Shown here piece by piece: positions 57,452 to 64,000 of a DNA stretch of 64,000 nucleotides (the first letter of the stretch is position 1; the number at the start of each line of letters is the position of its first letter). The position numbers were made by a program, and so were the translations under genes. Below the pieces are notes generated by a model. It made no database searches and was not told the origin of the DNA. It saw only the letters and a program-made list of their open reading frames with translations. This DNA is from Candidatus Woesearchaeota archaeon (GTDB lineage Archaea; Nanobdellota; Nanobdellia; Woesearchaeales; GW2011-AR9). Location of the stretch: NCBI GenBank assembly GCA_018696595.1, contig JABHQW010000008.1, forward strand, positions 256,001-320,000, written 5' to 3'.

Positions 57452-58968
57452 TTTAACCATACCTTCATTTCTCTAATTTGTTTTAAATCGTTTTTATATA
57501 ATTCTCTAATATCCATTATTTTCCAATATTCTGAAATGATTCTGCCCATTCCCTGTCCCCAAGCTAAAACAGGGCATTCAAATCCTAATAATGGTTTAAC
57601 AACTTCTGGCCGGAAAATTCCTGCTCCACCTAATTCGACCCATTCTTTCTTTACAGGATGAAACACATCCACTTCTACACTTGGTTCTGTATAAGGAAAA
57701 TGTGCTGGTCTCATTCTTACTTTTGAGAACCCCATCTTTTGATAAAACTCTTTTAAGTATCCTTTCAGATGTTTCAAATTAGCATTTGGATCAATTACAA
57801 TCCCTTCAACTTGATAAAACTCAAATAAATGTTTCCAATCAAGAGCTTCGTTTCTAAAAACCTTATTCACAGAAAAGAATTTTGCAGGAAGGTCTTCTTT
57901 TTTAAGTCCAGCAATAGTTTGTGCAGATAAAACTGTGGTGTGTGTTCTCAACATAATTTTTTCTGCTTCTTCTTTTGAATATTTACTTTGCCATCCTTTA
58001 CTATTAGTTTCTCCACCGGTTTCATGGACTTCTTTAATTTTCTCCCAGAATTCTGGCAGCTTAGCTTTTCCATTTAGATAAAACGTATCTTGCATTTCTC
58101 TTGCTGGATGATCTTGTGGAACAAACAATGCGTCTAAATCCCAGAAAGCAGATTGAACATAATTTCCAGTCATTTCTTTAAAACCAAGGTCCATCCAAAT
58201 TTGTTTAATATAATCAACTGCATCATTAACAAAATGTTTTTTTCCCATTTGAACTTTAGGAACATTAATCTCAACATCATAGGCCCGGAATTGTTTATCT
58301 TTCCAACTACCTGTTTTTAACATTCCAGTTGTTAATCTGTTAACAAATTCTCCCGACAAATCCTCGTTTGCTAACTCTTTTCCTAATTCTGTTAGTTCAA
58401 TAGTTAATTTCTTTTCATCTTCAACTTTAAGAAAACTTTTCCTTTTCTTTAACTCATCAAAAGCTAGTTTTTCAACATCTTTGACAGAAGACAAATCAAG
58501 CGGAAATTCTTTTTCCAAAAACTTTTCTTCATAAGTTCCTTCTTTAAGAATTTTTTCTGCTTGTGATCCTAATTTAATCATTAATTCTTCTTCTTTTTTA
58601 ACTTCAATTGCTAGTTTTCTTTTTAATAAACCAATACAGGCATTAAGTTCTTCTCGTTCTAATTTGGTTTTTTCAGCAACAACTGTTAATGATTGAAATT
58701 CTTCAGATAATGATTCTAAGAACTTTCTTTCTGGGAATCCTTCCTCTTTATACTTTAAGCCATTTGAATCTAAAATCACAATCTTTTTCTCTTCCTTGTT
58801 AACTTTAACAACTTCTTTATTCTCTAACCATTGCAAAGCTCGCATGACTTCAATTTCTTGCAATTTAGAGGCTTTAACAATTGCAGATAATTCAGTATTC
58901 TCTTTTAAAACAGGTAATACTTTTCTCTCTAAATCGTGCAATTTTGAGATTATTGGTTTTAAGTCCAT
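57448..58968 (-). CDS. pheS: Phenylalanine--tRNA ligase alpha subunit
   Basis: HPAREMQDTF, LRTHTT, FRNE, FPYTEPS, ELGGAGIFRPE. Confidence 0.96.
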   Translation of the reverse strand: MDLKPIISKLHDLERKVLPVLKENTELSAIVKASKLQEIEVMRALQWLENKEVVKVNKEEKKIVILDSNGLKYKEEGFPERKFLESLSEEFQSLTVVAEKTKLEREELNACIGLLKRKLAIEVKKEEELMIKLGSQAEKILKEGTYEEKFLEKEFPLDLSSVKDVEKLAFDELKKRKSFLKVEDEKKLTIELTELGKELANEDLSGEFVNRLTTGMLKTGSWKDKQFRAYDVEINVPKVQMGKKHFVNDAVDYIKQIWMDLGFKEMTGNYVQSAFWDLDALFVPQDHPAREMQDTFYLNGKAKLPEFWEKIKEVHETGGETNSKGWQSKYSKEEAEKIMLRTHTTVLSAQTIAGLKKEDLPAKFFSVNKVFRNEALDWKHLFEFYQVEGIVIDPNANLKHLKGYLKEFYQKMGFSKVRMRPAHFPYTEPSVEVDVFHPVKKEWVELGGAGIFRPEVVKPLLGFECPVLAWGQGMGRIISEYWKIMDIRELYKNDLKQIREMKVWLK

Positions 58969-59060
58969 ATTAGAAAATGTGAAGGGCTATTTATTTATAA
59001 AATCTTCTTTAAAATAGACTAGATATTAAAATAAAAGAGAAAAAAGAAAAAGGTAAAAAT

Positions 59061-59855
59061 TTACTTCTTGTTCCAAGAGTCAGTAAACATTTGATCCATT
59101 GCAGTTGCGAAGTAAGGTGTTTTAACCCAAACGCCCAAATCATAAGAAGGATGTACTTCTTGATCATTTAGCATCATGAAAACTAAGTCTTTACTATCTA
59201 CTGTAACAAATCTGGATTTAACTTTGTCGTTATGTTTAACTTCTGCTAATCCTTTTAGACTATCTGCAAATACTTTATTTTCTTTGTTTAGTGGTGCAGC
59301 AATTCTAACCTTTACTCCTCTTTTCTTAGCAACTTCTAAATTTGCCCGCAATCCTTCAACCTTTCTAATAAATCCTTTGTCAGAAGTCATGATATTAACA
59401 CTTTTCTTAGCATCCTTAATTAACAAGTCTAGGTGGTTATAAATATTATTTCTGCCTCTTAAGCATCCACTTAATTCAGATGGGTCTACCAAACTAATAC
59501 CATTAGTGTGCAAACTTTCTAACTCTACTAATAATGGTGATGTCTTAATGCCATCTAATCTTTTAACTTTTTCTTGCGCTTCGTTGTGCATATTCTTTTT
59601 AACTCTGTCAACAACTTCGCTTGGTGGAATCGCAATATATTTAATTGGCTTACCCAATTTCATAACAACAAAACCTTTCTTTTCCAAACTTTCTAAAACA
59701 TCATAACTTCTAGATCTTGGAACATCAGCAATATCTGATAATTCTCCTGCTGTTGAAACGCCTCGACTTAACAAAGCAGCCCATAACTTAACTTCATACA
59801 AATTCAGATCAAAGTAGCGTCTTAGCTTACTCAATAATTCTTCTTTTACAATCAT
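59061..59855 (-). CDS. TrmB-family transcriptional regulator/chromatin protein
   Basis: LNLYEVK, STAGELS, VPRSRSYDVLESLEKKGF. Confidence 0.9.
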   Translation of the reverse strand: MIVKEELLSKLRRYFDLNLYEVKLWAALLSRGVSTAGELSDIADVPRSRSYDVLESLEKKGFVVMKLGKPIKYIAIPPSEVVDRVKKNMHNEAQEKVKRLDGIKTSPLLVELESLHTNGISLVDPSELSGCLRGRNNIYNHLDLLIKDAKKSVNIMTSDKGFIRKVEGLRANLEVAKKRGVKVRIAAPLNKENKVFADSLKGLAEVKHNDKVKSRFVTVDSKDLVFMMLNDQEVHPSYDLGVWVKTPYFATAMDQMFTDSWNKK

Positions 59856-60054
59856 TTTTTCAAAACCCCTCCTTTTTCACGAAAATAAAAATCCCTCCAT
59901 TATGATTCCAGGAATTTTTAATCTTGCCTAACAAGCAAGAAATTAATTTTCATTACTTGGTTATCAGTAAAACAAACTACTATTAAAAGGTTGTGGTTTT
60001 CCAAAGTATAGCTTGACTTGTTTTAGTAGTAACAATATCTAGTTTGCGGTTTTA

Positions 60055-61110
60055 CTACCACTCTAATTTGTAACGTAGAATTGCGGCAATTCCCCCTAGG
60101 CCGTCTAACTTTTGCCCGGTTTCTTGTTTAGAAGAAAGAATGTTAATTTGTCCTTTTAGTACATCAATCTGTTTCATCAACTTGTCTAGTTCTATGTAAT
60201 GGCCTTCTTCTCTCTTTTGTTGAATGAAATCATCTGTTAACAATAATTTACTAACCGCTCCTGCATCAATTGCTTTTTTTACTTCTCCCCAAGCATATAC
60301 TGCCAGTCCATTTTTGTTGATTTCGCTTAACAGTTCATCCATTAATATTTTTTCTGTTCTTGCCCTAGAAGATTGTAATGTTTTTTCTAATTCTTTACTT
60401 CCTAACACTTCGTCAATAGATCTTTCACTAACATCAGAACAATTAACCAAAACTATTTTCTTTTTTACTTCTGGATCAGAAATTTTCTTTAACAAATTTT
60501 CTTTCCAAAAAGCAGGAGAGGCAAGAATTATTTTTTCTGGCAAATGCCTTTCATTGTAAGTATTAATTGTTTTAATAATTTCTTGTTGAAAATCTGTTTT
60601 GATTTCTACGGTCTTGGCTTTTTTAGGAACGTCACCTTTTATTTTTAGAATAACTTGGTAGCCAAACTTTTTAGTTAATGCAAACAATGATTCCTCCCGG
60701 TCAAAAATTATAATTAAGAAATTATGTTTCTTTTGAGCAGATTCTTCCAACTTTTGTTTTTGAAATTCCATCCAGCCAACTTTTTCTAAAACAAATTCGC
60801 TACCTTCCTCTAAAGGAATTGCTTGATAACTATCTTTTGGAACTTCCTCTGGCCCTTCCTTAATTTTACCGTTAACTCTTAAAATGTCTCCCGACTGATC
60901 AAAATCTATGGTTTCTGCTTCGATTTTTAAGAAATAAGTTTTTTTAACAGTTTTAGCATTATCTCCATCACCAATTTTAATTTTTCTAGTAGTTTTCCCT
61001 TTAACAAAATCTCCCGGATCAATCAAATGGCTTAGGTACCATAAGTCTTCAGGATCTGTTATTCTTAGTTTTACGTCTCCTTTCTTAAAATCTGCATGGA
61101 TTATGTTCAT
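60055..61110 (-). CDS. pelA: Pelota (Dom34) ribosome rescue factor
   Basis: DPEDLWYLSHLI, LASPAFWK, GAVSKLL, KLDGLGGIAAILRY. Confidence 0.95.
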   Translation of the reverse strand: MNIIHADFKKGDVKLRITDPEDLWYLSHLIDPGDFVKGKTTRKIKIGDGDNAKTVKKTYFLKIEAETIDFDQSGDILRVNGKIKEGPEEVPKDSYQAIPLEEGSEFVLEKVGWMEFQKQKLEESAQKKHNFLIIIFDREESLFALTKKFGYQVILKIKGDVPKKAKTVEIKTDFQQEIIKTINTYNERHLPEKIILASPAFWKENLLKKISDPEVKKKIVLVNCSDVSERSIDEVLGSKELEKTLQSSRARTEKILMDELLSEINKNGLAVYAWGEVKKAIDAGAVSKLLLTDDFIQQKREEGHYIELDKLMKQIDVLKGQINILSSKQETGQKLDGLGGIAAILRYKLEW

Positions 61111-61217
61111 GTTGGTAAGAAAAAGGTTAAGATATAATAAGTTTTGTGTTTGTGCTTAATCAACCCCTTTACAAAACAGAATACTTTATATATAAAAAGT
61201 ATTTCTTTTATAGTAAA

Positions 61218-62429
61218 ATGGTTACACTAAATAAAAGAGGTCAAGCTGCTGGCGCAGCTGTTTTTCTGGCAGTAGTTGCCGGTTTACTAATTGGATTTAT
61301 TATTTTAATTCCTCCCGCTGAGAGGGCAGAACTTTTAGGAGAAGATATTGATGTTATTGATAATAGTGATTCTAGCAGTTCTGATGACGAAATAGAAGAA
61401 GCAGTTCCAGAAGCTAATCTGTTAACTGTTTCTCCAGGAAGAATTGATTATCTTTCGCAGAAAGAGATAGAACATCCCTTGCCCGTTGTCAATATTTATA
61501 CTAAAACTGAAAGTAAGATTCTAGCACAAAAAAATGTTGCTTATGCTAAAAATGGTGCATTTTCTAATGAACAAGGCGTGTTTAAGTTTAATGTTCCCGA
61601 TTTAGACAATACTCAAGATTTCTTGCTAAATTTTAAAGTAAATGAGATTAAAGGAGACTTAACTGTTGATTTAAATGGTGAAAGTGTTTACAAATCTGCA
61701 GTTACTAGTGGTGAATCCTTAACAGTAAGTTTTCCTGAAAACTTAATTCAAGAAGAAAATGAACTTATTTTTAGTGCTTCTTCAATCGGGGTTGCATTTT
61801 GGGCAACTAACGAAGTTAATTTAGAAGGACTTAAAGTTGTAGCTGATGTGACTAGTGTTGAAGCACAATCTTCAAAAAATATTTTCTTAGTTTCTGAAGT
61901 TGAGAAAAAGAATCTTGAAAAAGTTGTATTAAGATTTCAACCTGAATGTCAGTACACTGAAGTTGGTAAGTTAGAAATTCTGATTAACGGCAAAGAAATT
62001 TACTCTGCGGTTCCCGATTGTGAATTAGCAATGATTCCGATTGAGTTTTCTTCAGATATGGTTTTCCAAGGAGAGAACGAGATTATCTTTAGAACAAACA
62101 GCGGAACTTATATCTTATCGCATGTAACAATTGAATCTGAATTGAAAGAATTAGAATATCCAACATATTATTTCGATGTTTCTTACGAACAGTATGAAGA
62201 TGTAATGTCTGAAAAGAGAAGAATTCGATTAGAAATGGAATTTGTTGATGTTGTTGTAAGTAAATATGGTGAAGTTGTTTTCAATGGTCACACTAAACAT
62301 TTTGATACTAAAGAAGTTGATTATGTGATTGATCTGAGTGATGATTTAGTACAAGGAACAAATGCATTGAAAGTCAAACCAAAGAAGACGTTAGACATGA
62401 GAGAAATTAAGATTGATTTGGTAAAGTAA
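61218..62429 (+). CDS. Surface protein with class III (prepilin-type) signal peptide
   Basis: MVTLNKRGQ followed by hydrophobic AAGAAVFLAVVAGLLIGFIILI; beta-rich acidic body; start at 61218. Confidence 0.75.
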   Translation: MVTLNKRGQAAGAAVFLAVVAGLLIGFIILIPPAERAELLGEDIDVIDNSDSSSSDDEIEEAVPEANLLTVSPGRIDYLSQKEIEHPLPVVNIYTKTESKILAQKNVAYAKNGAFSNEQGVFKFNVPDLDNTQDFLLNFKVNEIKGDLTVDLNGESVYKSAVTSGESLTVSFPENLIQEENELIFSASSIGVAFWATNEVNLEGLKVVADVTSVEAQSSKNIFLVSEVEKKNLEKVVLRFQPECQYTEVGKLEILINGKEIYSAVPDCELAMIPIEFSSDMVFQGENEIIFRTNSGTYILSHVTIESELKELEYPTYYFDVSYEQYEDVMSEKRRIRLEMEFVDVVVSKYGEVVFNGHTKHFDTKEVDYVIDLSDDLVQGTNALKVKPKKTLDMREIKIDLVK

Positions 62430-62477
62430 AATTTTTTATTTTATTTTTTTATTTATAATTTAACAAAAAAGAGGTTA

Positions 62478-64000
62478 ATGATGGGAAAAGCAGCGGCGAT
62501 AGGTGGAGCATTAAAGAGCGCAGGGTCTAAAGTTACTCCTGGATTAACAGGTGCTGGTGCCGGTGCAACAGCTGTAGCAACACAAAGTGCAGCTAAGTCT
62601 TTCAGAAACAAAGGTTTCCCATTGTTTTTAGCAGCAGTAATTATTTTTATCATTTCACAGGTTCTTGGTCTTTCCGACTTTTATGGTTATGCTTCAGTAT
62701 TGTTTATGGTCTATTGTGCATATGCTGTTTTTGAAGGACGGGGCGCGTACATCGTAACTATTTTTTGTGTTTGGTATTTCTTATTAGGGAGAGCTAGCTT
62801 AGAAAGTGTTTTATACTATGTTGTGCCAATTGCTTTAATTGGTTCAATAATTCACGGGTTATTGGGAAAATTTAAAAGCAAAGATACTTTTGCTCATGGT
62901 TTTACTGAAGAGATTCTTTACGGTCTTGGCGCAATATTAATTTTCTTTCTGGATATTGGTCTGGTTGAAATGGTCTCTCAAGGAGTCGTAAATTTACCTT
63001 ACATTCTTACTGAAATCTTAAGGTTAATTCCTTTGTGGGGGTATGTGGGTTTGTTTGTGATGATTCAAGACGAAGAGAAAGGAGAAAAAAGTTTCTTTAT
63101 TACAGTCGCAAAGTGGCTTGGGATTGCATACCTCGTTTCTATTATTATCTTCGCTTCTAGTATTGCTTCAGGGGCTGAAGGGGAAGAATTACTTCCAGGT
63201 ATAGAACAATTTATTGAGGCAAAGGAAACTGCTCAAGGTAAATTTGCGAAGACAGAGAACCCTGCTTATTCTAACCTTAAATGTGTGGTCCAAGGAAGAT
63301 TTAACGATCTGCCGGTTTGTATAAAAGATCGTCAAGATGATTCTAAAAGAAAAGTGGCTTGTGAAGCAGAAGGTTTCCCAGAAGGAACTACTAGTTTTAA
63401 TGAATGTACTGCCGAGTTAAAAGAACTTGATAATAAGAATATCAATGTTGTTGGTTTTAACGATAAAACAATTAAAGAACCAATTACTGCAGAATTAATT
63501 CCTAAAGAGGCAAAGAAGTACGATTTACTTCACGAGAAAGGACAAGCAATTAAAATTCCAATAGATTTGGAAATAAAGAATCCTCGTTTAGATCCATTTG
63601 AAGTTTATGTTTCATGTAACATTACCACCCAGAGAAGGAAAACTTCTATTGGCGAAGCAGAAATTGTGGGCTTTGAAAATAAGGGGGAAAATAATGAGAA
63701 AGGAAGCAAATGGAAACATTTTACCATTTATAAAACAGAATCATCTATTCCTTTAATTTGTCAACCTACTAAGTTAGATTACGAATTAAATGAAGAAACG
63801 AGAATATTTAATGGTTCTTATAATGTTGTTTTTTATGTTGAATTTAAAGGAGTAAACACAACTTCTAGATTAGAAAGAAGTTTTTTCAATGACTTAAAGA
63901 TTTACGATGAAATTAATAAAATTAAAGACTTAACATCTGAACAAGAACAAGAATTAAGGGGAAAAGCCAGAAAAGATTTTGAAGAAGAGATGAAAGAATT
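62478..64000 (+). CDS. Large membrane protein with Cys-containing extracellular domain (partial, runs off window)
   Basis: Hand translation from ATG 62478: Gly/Ala-rich start, ~6 TM segments, then soluble region; no stop to 64000. Confidence 0.75.
   Translation, partial: MMGKAAAIGGALKSAGSKVTPGLTGAGAGATAVATQSAAKSFRNKGFPLFLAAVIIFIISQVLGLSDFYGYASVLFMVYCAYAVFEGRGAYIVTIFCVWYFLLGRASLESVLYYVVPIALIGSIIHGLLGKFKSKDTFAHGFTEEILYGLGAILIFFLDIGLVEMVSQGVVNLPYILTEILRLIPLWGYVGLFVMIQDEEKGEKSFFITVAKWLGIAYLVSIIIFASSIASGAEGEELLPGIEQFIEAKETAQGKFAKTENPAYSNLKCVVQGRFNDLPVCIKDRQDDSKRKVACEAEGFPEGTTSFNECTAELKELDNKNINVVGFNDKTIKEPITAELIPKEAKKYDLLHEKGQAIKIPIDLEIKNPRLDPFEVYVSCNITTQRRKTSIGEAEIVGFENKGENNEKGSKWKHFTIYKTESSIPLICQPTKLDYELNEETRIFNGSYNVVFYVEFKGVNTTSRLERSFFNDLKIYDEINKIKDLTSEQEQELRGKARKDFEEEMKE

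Noticed and set aside
59856-60054. Dyads and a 7-codon MEG mini-ORF upstream of the TrmB gene as a third copy of the shared motif
   Set aside because: Only AATGGAGG matches, which is explained by a Shine-Dalgarno-like sequence; no GGCAC/GTGCC stem
1-64000. tRNA or rRNA genes
   Set aside because: No cloverleaf with T-loop consensus or rRNA-like GC-rich block seen in any intergenic gap; a tRNAscan-SE/barrnap run would confirm

Overview
AT-rich archaeal chromosome segment, most consistent with a DPANN archaeon of Woesearchaeota type (inference from the archaeal r-protein set, Hef, aRF1, pelota, Nop5/fibrillarin, a KRGQ class III signal peptide, and bacterial-type gyrA). The right half holds the large uL3-to-secY-eL34-eL14 ribosomal protein cluster plus PheRS, TrmB and pelota. 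The left half mixes housekeeping genes (scpB, gyrA, hef, trpS) with accessory modules: a Xer-like recombinase locus, a PAS histidine kinase/response regulator/KaiC-like cluster with an inserted RelE-type toxin-antitoxin pair, and two apparent gene-truncation junctions. No rRNA, tRNA or CRISPR array was seen. The most notable signals are: (1) a candidate stand-alone ~185-nt ncRNA at 25838-26026 made of two tandem rod hairpins whose copy-to-copy changes mostly preserve pairing; (2) a sequence-plus-structure motif (GC-CAAUGGA-GGCAC...GUGCC-GU-GC) shared by two long intergenic hairpins at ~28.1 kb and ~36.7 kb; (3) a 506-aa LAGLIDADG intein inserted directly after the catalytic GGQ of aRF1; (4) further long imperfect palindromes at ~6.0 kb and ~9.0 kb. 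All structures were folded by eye and all family calls are motif-based; no searches were run.
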